A stretch of DNA of 64,000 bases, from assembly GCA_021202655.1 (NCBI GenBank), contig JAJQCO010000231.1, forward strand, positions 25 to 64,024, read 5' to 3'. Source of the stretch: Clostridiales bacterium. Its GTDB lineage: Bacteria; Bacillota; Clostridia; Lachnospirales; Lachnospiraceae. Under the pieces are notes generated by a model. That model saw only the letters and a list, made by a program, of their open reading frames with translations, was not told the origin of the DNA and ran no database searches. Shown one piece after another: positions 10,450 through 19,882 of the stretch (position 1 is the first letter of the stretch; each line of letters starts with the position of its first letter). Position numbers and translations under genes: made by a program.

Positions 10450-11329
10450 CGTTTTCTTTCTCCTTCACAAAGTGGGCGCAAACCACGCGATCCTTCCCTG
10501 CCAGATCCTTCACTACCCGGATCTGCTCAAATCCATGTTCTTCAAGCAGGGCGCTCACAACAGCCGCCTGATCCCAGCCGATTTCCAGATAAATGCTGCC
10601 TCCCGGCGCCAGATACCAGACCGCCTCCCGTGCAATTTTCCGATAGTATATCAGGCCGTCCTCACTGCCGTCAAGCGCCAGACGCGGCTCATGCTCACGC
10701 ACCTCCGGCTCCAGCGTCCGGATCACCTCAGACGGAATGTAGGGCGGATTTGCCGTGATCACATCAAAGGCAGGAACATCCGCAGGCAGAGCGCCAAACA
10801 GGTCGCCCTCAAAAAATGTGACTCTCCCGTCTTCTCCGGTCAGCCGCCGCGCATTGCGCCGCGCCACGGCAAGCGCCTCCGCCGAGAGATCGGTCCCGGC
10901 GACGTACCGGTATCCTCCTCTGACCGCCAGACTGATCGCAATACACCCGGAACCGGTGCAGAGATCCAGCAGGCGGATTTCCTTCTCCTTCTGTTCCTCC
11001 AACACCAGCTCTGCCAGCGTCTCCGTGTCCTGGCGCGGGATCAGGACATGCTCGTTCACCTCAAATTCCAGCCCCATAAAATCCTGGCTTCCCAGAATCT
11101 GCTGTGCCGGAATTCGCTCTGCCCTCTCCCGGATCATCTCCCGATAGCGCTTTATGCGGGACATATCTGCTTCATCGTCCGAAAGCTCCCTGCCCCGAAT
11201 CAGGAGGAAACGCGCCAGATCGGTCTGGAACGCCGCAAGGAGCAAAAGCTGTGCGTCGCGCTCCGCGTCCGGAACGCCCGCCGCTCTGAGGCATGCGCAT
11301 CCCTCGCCAAGCAGGCCATAAAGCGTCAT
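10442..11329 (-). CDS. prmC: release-factor glutamine N5-methyltransferase
   Basis: NPPY catalytic motif ([10 protein letters not shown]) and SAM motif [11 protein letters not shown]. It overlaps the prfA start by 8 nt, the classical prmC-prfA arrangement. Confidence 0.9.
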
Positions 11330-12369
11330 AGCTGTGCCGCCCCGCTCTCTGCGAGCTCCCCCGGCACGCTCTTCTCTTTTCTGTCCTCTGCGAGCTCACA
11401 CGACCCGTTCGCCTGCGATCCGTCTTCCGGAATCACCGTATCCGGGAAGTTCTCACGCAGATACGCCCGCCAGTCAAATACCGCATCCACCGCCGCGATC
11501 GCCACCTCAATCATGGAATCATCCGGCTCAGCCGTCGTCAGTCCCTGCATCCAGAAGCCCGGCCTGCTGAGCAGATCAACGAGCGCGTTGTCGCTGCGCC
11601 CCGCAATCCGCAGGAATTCATACGACACGCCAGCGATCACCGGAATCAGCAGGATCCGGCTCAGCATCCGCAGCCAGATCCGATCCACGCGAATCACCAT
11701 AAAGAAAAGGATGCTGATCACCATGACGATCAGCAGGAAGCTGGTGCCGCAGCGCTTGTGGAAGCGGGAGCTCCCGCGCACATGATCCACCGTCAGCGTC
11801 ATACCGTGTTCGATACAGTTGATGCATTTATGCTCCGCCCCATGATAGCGAAAGGTTCGCTGAATATCCTCCATTCTGGATATCAGCTTGATATATGCGA
11901 CAAAAATCGCGATGCGGATAAATCCCTCCAGGATCGCCATGACCGTCTCCGAATGGATCAGGCGTCGGCACGCACTGGCAATCAGAAGCGGCAGAAGCAT
12001 AAAAATAACCACGGCTGCCACGACAGAAAATACCATCACAAAGGCCATCAGCACCTTCTCTACATTCTCCCCGAAGACCCGGTCCAGCCACAGCTCTACC
12101 TTCCCCGGCTCCGAATCCTCATCGTCCTCAAAAAAGCTCGCGGAAAATGTGAGCGTGCGCATTCCCAGAATCATGGAATCCGCAAAGCTGAACACACCGC
12201 GGACAAAGGGCAGGGCAAACAGCCTTACCTTCTCCGTCATGCTGACGTAGGTGTCCTTTTTCACCTCAATCACTCCGTCCGGCCGCCGGACAGCCGTCGC
12301 GTAATCGTCCTGATTTTTCATCATAATTCCTTCGATGACGGCCTGGCCGCCAATACCGGAATATTTCAT
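11326..12369 (-). CDS. DUF1385 family membrane protein (YqhQ-like)
   Basis: MKYSGIGGQAVIEGIMM start and HGAEHKCI motif, multi-pass membrane. The ATG at 12369 follows GAGGGG, while the ORF track extends to 12429. Its stop overlaps the prmC start (ATGA). Confidence 0.8.
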   Translation of the reverse strand: MKYSGIGGQAVIEGIMMKNQDDYATAVRRPDGVIEVKKDTYVSMTEKVRLFALPFVRGVFSFADSMILGMRTLTFSASFFEDDEDSEPGKVELWLDRVFGENVEKVLMAFVMVFSVVAAVVIFMLLPLLIASACRRLIHSETVMAILEGFIRIAIFVAYIKLISRMEDIQRTFRYHGAEHKCINCIEHGMTLTVDHVRGSSRFHKRCGTSFLLIVMVISILFFMVIRVDRIWLRMLSRILLIPVIAGVSYEFLRIAGRSDNALVDLLSRPGFWMQGLTTAEPDDSMIEVAIAAVDAVFDWRAYLRENFPDTVIPEDGSQANGSCELAEDRKEKSVPGELAESGAAQL

Positions 12370-12440
12370 ATGGTATCCCCTCTCATCATCAGATGCGACT
12401 ACAGAAGCTGTCGCCGGCAGCTTCTGCACGTATGCTATGG

Positions 12441-12492
12441 CGAAAAAAAGCGAAAAGGTTGAGACAAAGCGTCGCCACTTCTATCTCAACCT
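12441..12492 (-). terminator. rho-independent terminator of rpmE
   Basis: The minus strand reads AGGTTGAGAT..loop..TCTCAACCT followed by TTTTCGCTTTTTTT. Confidence 0.8.
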
Positions 12493-12514
12493 CTTTTCGT
12501 CTTCCTCTGCAAAA

Positions 12515-12718
12515 CTAAGCATTCAGGCCATATTTTCTGTTGAACTTATCAATACGTCCGCGAGCCTGGGCCGCCTTCTGCTGGCCGGTATAGAAAGAAT
12601 GACACTTGGAACAAACTTCCACGTGGATCTCCTTCTTGGTCGAGCCGGTTACGAACTCGTTGCCACAGTTGCAGGTCACCTTGGCCTGATAATACGCCGG
12701 ATGAATTCCCTCTCTCAT
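12515..12718 (-). CDS. rpmE: 50S ribosomal protein L31 (type A, Cys-containing)
   Basis: [32 protein letters not shown]. The ATG at 12718 follows GAGGTGA, and the track start at 12727 is a GTG. Confidence 0.95.
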   Translation of the reverse strand: MREGIHPAYYQAKVTCNCGNEFVTGSTKKEIHVEVCSKCHSFYTGQQKAAQARGRIDKFNRKYGLNA

Positions 12719-12818
12719 ACTTGTCACCTCATCACTTTCTCAGATTATATGTCGCCTGTGATCGTCTAACGGTCTCACCTGTACCGTTAAAATCACGTCA
12801 CGTCTTCACAGCTCTCTC

Positions 12819-12847
12819 AGTATAGCAGAAAAGAAGGGGCTTGACAA
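12819..12847 (-). promoter_or_regulatory. sigma-A type promoter for rpmE
   Basis: The minus strand has TTGTCA, a 17-nt spacer and TATACT. It is partly embedded in the rho terminator hairpin. Confidence 0.55.
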
Positions 12848-12853
12848 GCCCCT
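12824..12853 (-). terminator. rho-independent terminator of rho
   Basis: The minus strand reads AGGGGCTTG-TC-AAGCCCCT followed by TCTTTTCTGC. Confidence 0.7.
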
Positions 12854-12892
12854 AAATCTGTTTTTTACCTTTCTTTGCCGCTGCGGTTTGTC

Positions 12893-14650
12893 TTAGAAAA
12901 AGCGGGTCCTTTTGATATTCTCAATCAGCTCCTTATTGGTCTTGGTCTTCGCAAAAAGGTCAAGGATATGCTCGACCGCCTCCTCCGGCTTCTGGACGCT
13001 CGTCGCGCGGCGGATGATCTCCACCGCCTCTGCTTCCTCCGGCGTCAGGAGCAGGTCGTCCCGGCGGGTACTGGACTTTAAAATGTCCACTGCCGGAAAG
13101 ATCCGCTTCTCGGAAAGCTTCCGGTCGAGCACCAGCTCCATGTTGCCGGTTCCCTTGAATTCCTCATAAATGACGTCGTCCATGCGGCTTCCGGTTTCCA
13201 CCAGTCCTGTCGCAAGGATCGTCAGGCTTCCGCCCTCGCGGATGTTTCGCGCGGCGCCGAAGAAACGCTTCGGCATATGGAGCGCCGCCGGATCCAGGCC
13301 ACCGGACAGCGTGCGGCCGCTCGGCGGTACGACCAGATTGTACGCGCGCGCCAGACGGGTAATGCTGTCGAGCAGGATAATCACGTCGCGGCCATGCTCC
13401 ACCAGTCTCCTGGCACGCTCAATCACCATCTCCGACACCCGCTTGTGCCGCTCCGGCAGCTCGTCAAAGGTCGAATAGATCACCTCGACCTGATCGCCGG
13501 TGACAGATTCCTTAATATCCGTCACCTCCTCCGGACGTTCATCAATCAGCAGAATGATCAGGTGCATGTCCGGGTGATTCGTCGTGATCGCCTGCGCAAT
13601 CTGCTTGAGCAGCGTCGTCTTGCCGGCCTTGGGCGGAGAGACAATCAGACCTCTCTGTCCCTTTCCGATCGGAGTCAGAAGATCCACAATGCGCATGGCG
13701 GTCGAGCTTCTACCGATGTTCTCCATATGCAGACGCCGGTTCGGAAAGATCGGGGTCAGGTCTTCAAAATTGGGACGCTTCTCCACCACGCTGATCGGAT
13801 AGCCGTTGACATTGCGGATGTAAAGCAGCGCCGCAAATTTCTCCGCGGCGGTCTTCACCCTGCGGTTTCCGACAATGACGTCGCCCGTTTTTAAGTTAAA
13901 TCTGCGGATCTGAGACGGGGCGACATAGACGTCGTTGTCCCCGGGGAGGAAATTCTCACAGCGGATAAAGCCAAAGCCATCCGGCATGACCTCCAGAATC
14001 CCGTTTGCCTCCAGCCCGCTGTCAAGCTCTGCCACCTCCTGAGCGGAAAGCGCCTCCTGCTGCGGGCGCTGTGCGCGCGGACGGTAGGGCGTGTTCTGGC
14101 GATAATCCTGGCGGTTGTTTTCCTGACGACTGTTATCCGGGCGATTATAATTCCCGGCGCCTCCGTCATTTCGATTATAAGAAGAAGCGGAATTATTTTC
14201 ATGGCGGTTGTATCCGCCGCTGCCGTTTTCCTGGCGATTTACATAGCCGGTATGAGGACGGCTGTAGGAGGAAGCCTCGGTGCCTCCATCCGGGCGATTG
14301 CCAAAGGAGCTGCCCTGTCCGGTCTCTGTGCGGTCGGACGATGTCATAGATACTGAATTGGGACCTGCAAAATCTGCCCGACTGTTCTCCTGGCGGCTTT
14401 CCTGTCTGGCCGCTGTGGCCGAAAGCTCTGTCTGCGGCGCTCCAGCTGCCGGAATATTTCCCTGATTTTCCTCTGGTATGCGGCGTCTCGGCGGCGCCAC
14501 CGCAGTCTTTAAAATATCCTCCTGCTCGGCGATCTTACAGAGCACATTGACCAGCTCTGCCTTCCGCATGGTAGAAGACCCTTTGATCTTCTGCGCTTTC
14601 GCCATTTCCTTCAGCTGAGCCAGAGACAAAGTCTGTAATTTTTCTCGCAT
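12893..14650 (-). CDS. rho: transcription termination factor Rho with a long disordered N/Q/R/G/Y-rich insertion
   Basis: The C-terminal two thirds are canonical Rho: RNA-binding OB region GILEVMPDGFGFIR, Walker A PPKAGKT, and ..LDSITRLARAYN... The start at 14650 (MREKLQTLSLAQLKEMA, the Rho_N helix) follows GGAG. The track start at 14878 adds an implausible extension. Confidence 0.92.
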   Translation of the reverse strand: MREKLQTLSLAQLKEMAKAQKIKGSSTMRKAELVNVLCKIAEQEDILKTAVAPPRRRIPEENQGNIPAAGAPQTELSATAARQESRQENSRADFAGPNSVSMTSSDRTETGQGSSFGNRPDGGTEASSYSRPHTGYVNRQENGSGGYNRHENNSASSYNRNDGGAGNYNRPDNSRQENNRQDYRQNTPYRPRAQRPQQEALSAQEVAELDSGLEANGILEVMPDGFGFIRCENFLPGDNDVYVAPSQIRRFNLKTGDVIVGNRRVKTAAEKFAALLYIRNVNGYPISVVEKRPNFEDLTPIFPNRRLHMENIGRSSTAMRIVDLLTPIGKGQRGLIVSPPKAGKTTLLKQIAQAITTNHPDMHLIILLIDERPEEVTDIKESVTGDQVEVIYSTFDELPERHKRVSEMVIERARRLVEHGRDVIILLDSITRLARAYNLVVPPSGRTLSGGLDPAALHMPKRFFGAARNIREGGSLTILATGLVETGSRMDDVIYEEFKGTGNMELVLDRKLSEKRIFPAVDILKSSTRRDDLLLTPEEAEAVEIIRRATSVQKPEEAVEHILDLFAKTKTNKELIENIKRTRFF

Positions 14651-14855
14651 ATTAATTTTTCTCCATTTCTTTGTTGCTTCAGCACTGAATAAGTGATATG
14701 AAATACAGAGTAATTCTGATTCTTCTTTCGGAAGGCAAATCCTTCGCCCTCGACCCTTATTGATCTTTATTATAGGACGTTTTACCAAAAAAGGAAAGCA
14801 CTTTTTTATCGCTTTCTGAAAATGCCGCTTCCCAAACATCCATACAGAAACGGTT

Positions 14856-15545
14856 TCAGTCGATTCGAAGCTCGTCAACCGTCACAAAGACATAGCCCTC
14901 CGCCTCAAGCCGGTCAATAATCTCGAAGGCCGCTAAAACGGATGTGCGGAAAATGTCGTGCATCAGAATAATATCGCCCGGCTCCACATCCGCGAGCACA
15001 CGGCTGACAATCCGGGAGGTATCCTTAAGCTTCCAGTCCAGAGAATCCACCGACCACAGCACGGTGCTTAAATCAACCTGTTCCTCTAAAGACTCGTTCC
15101 AGTCACCGTAGGGCGGTCTCAGATACTGCGGCCGGTCGCCGGTGATCTCCTCCACCAGCTCCTGTGTCCGCTCCACCGCCTCAAGAACCGCTTCCTCTCC
15201 CGCCTTCGTCAGCTGGATGTGACGGTAGCTGTGGTTGCCGATCAGATGACCCTCCTGATGCATCCGCGCCACCAGGTCTTCATTGCCCTCAATGTGCTGT
15301 CCCATCAGGAAAAAGGAGACCCGGACGCCCCGCGCAGCCAGCCCGTCCAGAAGGAGCGGCGTCCACTGCGGATCCGGCCCGTCGTCGAATGTCAGCGCAA
15401 CCGGTTTCACCTGCGCAGAAACGTGTACCGTTTTTCTGACTTCCCGGGCGGAAACAGCGCCCGCCGCGGCTCCTAACAGAGCGCCGTCCAGCAAAAGAAT
15501 CGCGAACAGAAGCGCCGCCCTCGTCCTGATTCCCCATCGTTCCAT
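14856..15545 (-). CDS. polysaccharide deacetylase (NodB homology domain), membrane-anchored or secreted
   Basis: TFDDGP motif and HSYRH motif. N-terminal hydrophobic segment AALLFAILLLDGALLGAAAG. The ATG at 15545 follows GGAGA, and upstream in-frame ATGs exist at 15560 and 15569. Confidence 0.8.
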   Translation of the reverse strand: MERWGIRTRAALLFAILLLDGALLGAAAGAVSAREVRKTVHVSAQVKPVALTFDDGPDPQWTPLLLDGLAARGVRVSFFLMGQHIEGNEDLVARMHQEGHLIGNHSYRHIQLTKAGEEAVLEAVERTQELVEEITGDRPQYLRPPYGDWNESLEEQVDLSTVLWSVDSLDWKLKDTSRIVSRVLADVEPGDIILMHDIFRTSVLAAFEIIDRLEAEGYVFVTVDELRID

Positions 15546-15596
15546 GCCCAGTCTCCGCATAATCCTCATGCCAGATATATGCAGGCAAATGTGAAA

Positions 15597-16586
15597 TCAG
15601 AACGATACCTTCTTGCCTCTGGTATCATCCTGTGCGATATTTTTCTCAACGTCGACAATATAGATCGGGCGATCCTTGAGCTCCGAGAAGAGGATCGCGA
15701 TATACTCTCCGATGATGCCCACGATGACAAAGAGGATGGCAAACATAAAGCAATTCAATATCACAATCGTCGCGTATCCACTGGGCGCGCCCTGCCGCGT
15801 GCAGAGCGTATAGACCATCACCGCCACACCCAGAAGCGCCGCAAAGATTCCGGCAAACATTCCGAGCTTTAAGGGCAGATTGGAAAAGCAAAGGATCGTG
15901 TGGACGGAAAACAGAAACAGCTTACGGATGCTGTATTTGCTGTGTCCCGCCACCCGGTCATGCGCTTCATATTCGATCGTCGTCTTCCGAAAGCCGAGAT
16001 TCTGCACATACCCGCGCAGAAAACGCACCTTCTCCCGGTAATTTTTCCGCAGCACCTTGGCCGCCTTCGCCGAGATCGCGAAAAAGTCAGATGCATTCGG
16101 TTCGAATCTCACATCAGAGAGAACATTGATCAGCGCGTAAAAACCCGCTGAGGTGATGTTTTTGACCAGCCCCGCCGAAGGATTCTTCGTCCGCACCATA
16201 CTGATCACGCCATAGCCCTCGCCCAGCCGCTTGACAATCTCCGGCAGACATTCCGGCGGATGCTGCAGATCGGCGTCCATACAGACAATCCCGTCTCCCG
16301 TCGCATAGTCAATCCCGGCAATCATGGCCGCCTCGTGGCCGAAATTGCGCGAAAAGCCAAGCACCCTCACCTTCGGATTTTTTTCCGCAAACCCCGCCAG
16401 GATCTCCATACTGCCGTCCGTGCTGCCGTCATTGACAAACAAAAGCTCATAATCCCAGTCTCCGGACGGGGAGCCGTCCCCCGTTCGCGCAAGTCCCTCC
16501 AGAACCGGCACGGTCTTCTCATAAAAGAGCGGCAGTGCCTGCTCCTCATTGTACACAGACACCACCACGGAAAGCAATCTGCTCAT
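15597..16586 (-). CDS. GT2 polyprenyl-phosphate glycosyltransferase (GtrB/CsbB/DPM1-like)
   Basis: LSVVVSVYNEE, VNDGSTDGS and DADLQHPP motifs, plus two C-terminal transmembrane helices. This is the typical architecture of Und-P-sugar synthases. Confidence 0.8.
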   Translation of the reverse strand: MSRLLSVVVSVYNEEQALPLFYEKTVPVLEGLARTGDGSPSGDWDYELLFVNDGSTDGSMEILAGFAEKNPKVRVLGFSRNFGHEAAMIAGIDYATGDGIVCMDADLQHPPECLPEIVKRLGEGYGVISMVRTKNPSAGLVKNITSAGFYALINVLSDVRFEPNASDFFAISAKAAKVLRKNYREKVRFLRGYVQNLGFRKTTIEYEAHDRVAGHSKYSIRKLFLFSVHTILCFSNLPLKLGMFAGIFAALLGVAVMVYTLCTRQGAPSGYATIVILNCFMFAILFVIVGIIGEYIAILFSELKDRPIYIVDVEKNIAQDDTRGKKVSF

Positions 16587-17398
16587 GTTCCTTCTTTTAC
16601 CTCAATCTCAATCGTCGAATGCGACGGTATCCGCTTCTCCTCCGGCGGCAACGTCATGTAGTCTCCGTAAATCCAGGTCAGCACATCATGCCAGTAGCCG
16701 GATGCCATCAGCCTCGTGTCGCAGAATTTCAGATCAATGATCTCATCGCACCACTTTTTCTGCAGGGTCACATAGAGATAATCCGGCTGATAATTGCTGT
16801 AATATCGCAGCGGGCGTTTCCCCTTTTTATCCTTGACCGCCGTCATACGCTGCAGGCCAAACAGCGTCTTCATCGGAATCCGGCGTACGATGAGTGACAT
16901 TCCGCCGACCGCAAGCTTATGAAACGGACTGTATTTCGAAAAATCCAGACGATAGCGGTGTCCCATCGACAGACCATAAATGATCTTATGCAAAAGCAGC
17001 GTCCACTGCGCCGCGAGCTTCGACGTCGGCAGCTCGTCAATCGTAAACAGATCGACCCAGAGATGATTCAGCTTCCCGCCGTAATAACGCATCTCCTCCG
17101 AGTCCTCATGCGCCGTAAAGTCATAGAACGCCTTTCCTCCATGATAATCCCACGGCATCACCAGCTCCATCGTATCCGGCAGCTCGCGCCTGACTACTTT
17201 TAAAAAGGCGTCATAATCTTCCCTGACAAACGCGACATCCGCGTCGTCATCCCAGGGAATAAAGCCCTGATGACGCACTGCCCCGAGAAGCGTCCCCGCA
17301 TCCAGCATATAGCGGATCCCATGCTTTCTGCAGATGCGGTCGATCTCCTTTAAAATTTTCAGGTTCGCCTCATGAACCCTTGTCAGGTCATACTCCAT
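16583..17398 (-). CDS. licD: LicD family phosphotransferase
   Basis: LKEIDRICRKHGIRYMLDAGTLLGAVRHQGFIPWDDDADVAF, the LicD nucleotidyltransferase-fold signature. 4-nt stop/start overlap with the next gene. Confidence 0.85.
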   Translation of the reverse strand: MEYDLTRVHEANLKILKEIDRICRKHGIRYMLDAGTLLGAVRHQGFIPWDDDADVAFVREDYDAFLKVVRRELPDTMELVMPWDYHGGKAFYDFTAHEDSEEMRYYGGKLNHLWVDLFTIDELPTSKLAAQWTLLLHKIIYGLSMGHRYRLDFSKYSPFHKLAVGGMSLIVRRIPMKTLFGLQRMTAVKDKKGKRPLRYYSNYQPDYLYVTLQKKWCDEIIDLKFCDTRLMASGYWHDVLTWIYGDYMTLPPEEKRIPSHSTIEIEVKEGT

Positions 17399-17442
17399 AC
17401 CGTTTCCTTTCGCTTTCCAAAAAAGACGCCGCCTGCCTCTCC

Positions 17443-18789
17443 TTACCCGGCCTGCCCTTTCGCCGCCTCCCGGATCGTCCTCGCCATATAATCAATCATC
17501 TCGTCCGTCATTCCCGGATAGACGCCGACCCAGAAGGTATCCTTCATGATCCGGTCCGTCACATCCAGGCCGCCGACAATGCGGTAGCCCTCGCCGCCTG
17601 CCCTCAGCTCGTCAAAGCAGGGATGCTTCGTCAGGTTTCCGGCAAAGAGCATCCTCGTCTGGATTCCCTTTCCCTCGATATCGCGCACCATCGCCTGACG
17701 GTCCGTGCCGTCCTTACAGGTAAGCAAAAAACCAAACCAGCTCGGCTTTGCATGCTTGCAGGCCTCCGGCAGAATGAGCAGGTCCTCCATTCCCGAAAGC
17801 CCCTCACGCAGCCGCTCAAAATTATGCCTCCTGCGCTCTGTAAAGGACGGGAGCTTGTCAAGCTGCGCGCAGCCGATCGCCGCCTGTAGATCAGTCGCTT
17901 TCAGATTGTATCCGAAATGAGAATATACATACTTATGATCATACCCCACCGGCAGCTCCCCGTACTGGCGGTCAAAGCGATGTCCGCACAGATTGTCTCT
18001 CCCGGACGGACAGACGCAGTCGCGGCCCCAGTCGCGCATCGAGCGCACAATCTTATGCAAAAGGGGATTGTCCGTGTATACCGCGCCGCCCTCTCCCATT
18101 GTCATGTGATGCGGCGGATAAAAGCTCGACGTACCGATGTCGCCAAATGTGCCGGTGAAGCGCTCCACGCCGTCCATCTGATAACGGCTTCCCAGGGCGT
18201 CACAGTTGTCCTCCACCAGCCAGAGCTCATGACGGTCACAGAATGCCTTCACCGCGGCCAGATCAAAGGGATTCCCGAGCGTATGGGCCAGCATCACTGC
18301 TTTCGTCCGCTCCGTGTATGCTTCCTCCAGCTTCGACACATCAATGTTGTACTGCGGAATCGTCACATCCACAAAGACCGGCACTGCGCCGTAATTGAGG
18401 ATCGGCGTCACCGTCGTCGGAAAGCCCGCCGCCACCGTAATCACCTCGTCGCCGCGGTAGATTCGCCGCTTCCCCAGAAGCGGGGAGGTGAGCGCCATAA
18501 ACGCGCACAGGTTTGCCGAGGAGCCGGAATTCACCAGCGAGCAGAAACGCACGCCCAGATATTCTGCCAGCTTTTGCTCAAATTCATCCGTATAGCGCCC
18601 GGAGGTCAGCCAGAATTCCAGCGCGCTGTCCACCAGATTCACCATCTCCGCCGCGTCATAGACACGGGAGGCGTAGGGAATCCGGTCGCCCTCCTCGTAT
18701 GGCTTTCTGTTTTTGATATGATAAGTCTCGCAGTAATCCGCTACCAGATCCAGGATCTCCTGGCGCGCCTGCTCCTGTGATTTCTCCAT
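17443..18789 (-). CDS. rfbH: CDP-6-deoxy-D-xylo-4-hexulose 3-dehydrase type enzyme (DegT/RfbH family, E1-like)
   Basis: DegT-fold aminotransferase-like protein. His replaces the PLP-binding Lys (SFYPPHHMTMGEGG), and a Cys cluster DCVCPSGRDNLCGH is present, both as in E1 dehydrases. The start MEKSQEQ at 18789 avoids overlap with rfbG. Confidence 0.8.
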   Translation of the reverse strand: MEKSQEQARQEILDLVADYCETYHIKNRKPYEEGDRIPYASRVYDAAEMVNLVDSALEFWLTSGRYTDEFEQKLAEYLGVRFCSLVNSGSSANLCAFMALTSPLLGKRRIYRGDEVITVAAGFPTTVTPILNYGAVPVFVDVTIPQYNIDVSKLEEAYTERTKAVMLAHTLGNPFDLAAVKAFCDRHELWLVEDNCDALGSRYQMDGVERFTGTFGDIGTSSFYPPHHMTMGEGGAVYTDNPLLHKIVRSMRDWGRDCVCPSGRDNLCGHRFDRQYGELPVGYDHKYVYSHFGYNLKATDLQAAIGCAQLDKLPSFTERRRHNFERLREGLSGMEDLLILPEACKHAKPSWFGFLLTCKDGTDRQAMVRDIEGKGIQTRMLFAGNLTKHPCFDELRAGGEGYRIVGGLDVTDRIMKDTFWVGVYPGMTDEMIDYMARTIREAAKGQAG

Positions 18790-18796
18790 TCCGATT

Positions 18797-19882
18797 TCAC
18801 TCCTTTTGTTTCCCGTATTCGAGGATCTGGGCATCCATGACCCGGTTTGCGTCCTCGCCGTCCAGCCAGGCTCGCGACCACTCCACCGTGAGCGCCAGGG
18901 CTTCGCGGATGTGAAGCTTTGGCTGCCAGCCGAATACATGTCGGATCCGCGAGCAGTCCAGCTTCAGGAAATTCGCCTCATGAGGCCCCCCGTCGTGCCG
19001 GTTTATCCACGACGCCCTTGTCCCTGCGCCCTCGTTCCACAGATCGCAGAACATCGTAACCAGATCTCCCGTCGTCACACAATCAACATCATCCGGCCCC
19101 ACATTATAATATCCCTGGCAGGCTCCGTCTTCATATTGTCTCTGGGCGATCATCAGGTACGCAAACAGCGGTTCCAGCACATGCTGGAACGGTCTGGTCG
19201 AATAAGGGTTGCGCACCACGATCTCCCGGCCTGCCGCCACCGCACGGACACAGTCCGGAATAATCCGGTCATTTGCGAAATCGCCGCCGCCGATCACATT
19301 GCCGGCCCGCGCAGTCGACACCGCGCAGCGCCCATCCTCAAAAAAGGACTTCCGATAGCAGTGCGTCACAAGCTCCGAGCACGATTTACTGTTTGAATAC
19401 GGATCGTATCCGTCGAGCGGATCACATTCCCGATAACCGTATTCCCACTCCCGGTTTTCATATACCTTGTCCGTGGTCACGTTCAGGAAGGAGCGGACCG
19501 AATCGGTCTGCCGCACACATTCCAGCACATGCACCGTGCCCATGACATTTGTCTCATAGGTAAGCACCGGATCCTTATAGGAATCCCTCACAATCGGCTG
19601 CGCCGCCAGATGAAACACAAGCTCGGGGCGCGTCTTCTCAAAAATCCGTTTCAATCCTGACAAATCCCGCACATCTCCGGTGACCGATTCCATCTCATCC
19701 GCAATCTGCGCGATCCGAAACAGGGACGGATCCGTCGGCGAGTCGAGCGCATAGCCGGTCACCCTGGCGCCCGCAAGCGTCAGGATCCGGCAAAGCCAGC
19801 TTCCCTTAAACCCCGTATGTCCCGTCACCAGGACGCGTTTTCCTTCATAGAAAGCCCTGCATGTCTCCAGATTATACATCAT
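18797..19882 (-). CDS. rfbG: CDP-glucose 4,6-dehydratase
   Basis: VTGHTGFKGSWL N-terminus and YSNSKSC (YxxxK), ~360 aa, immediately downstream of rfbF. Confidence 0.88.
   Translation of the reverse strand: MMYNLETCRAFYEGKRVLVTGHTGFKGSWLCRILTLAGARVTGYALDSPTDPSLFRIAQIADEMESVTGDVRDLSGLKRIFEKTRPELVFHLAAQPIVRDSYKDPVLTYETNVMGTVHVLECVRQTDSVRSFLNVTTDKVYENREWEYGYRECDPLDGYDPYSNSKSCSELVTHCYRKSFFEDGRCAVSTARAGNVIGGGDFANDRIIPDCVRAVAAGREIVVRNPYSTRPFQHVLEPLFAYLMIAQRQYEDGACQGYYNVGPDDVDCVTTGDLVTMFCDLWNEGAGTRASWINRHDGGPHEANFLKLDCSRIRHVFGWQPKLHIREALALTVEWSRAWLDGEDANRVMDAQILEYGKQKE

Noticed and set aside
14651-14878. 76-codon N-terminal extension of the rho ORF in the track.
   Set aside because: It overlaps the deacetylase gene end. 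The ATG at 14650 has a GGAG ribosome-binding site and begins exactly at the conserved Rho_N helix. The extension has no Rho-like sequence.
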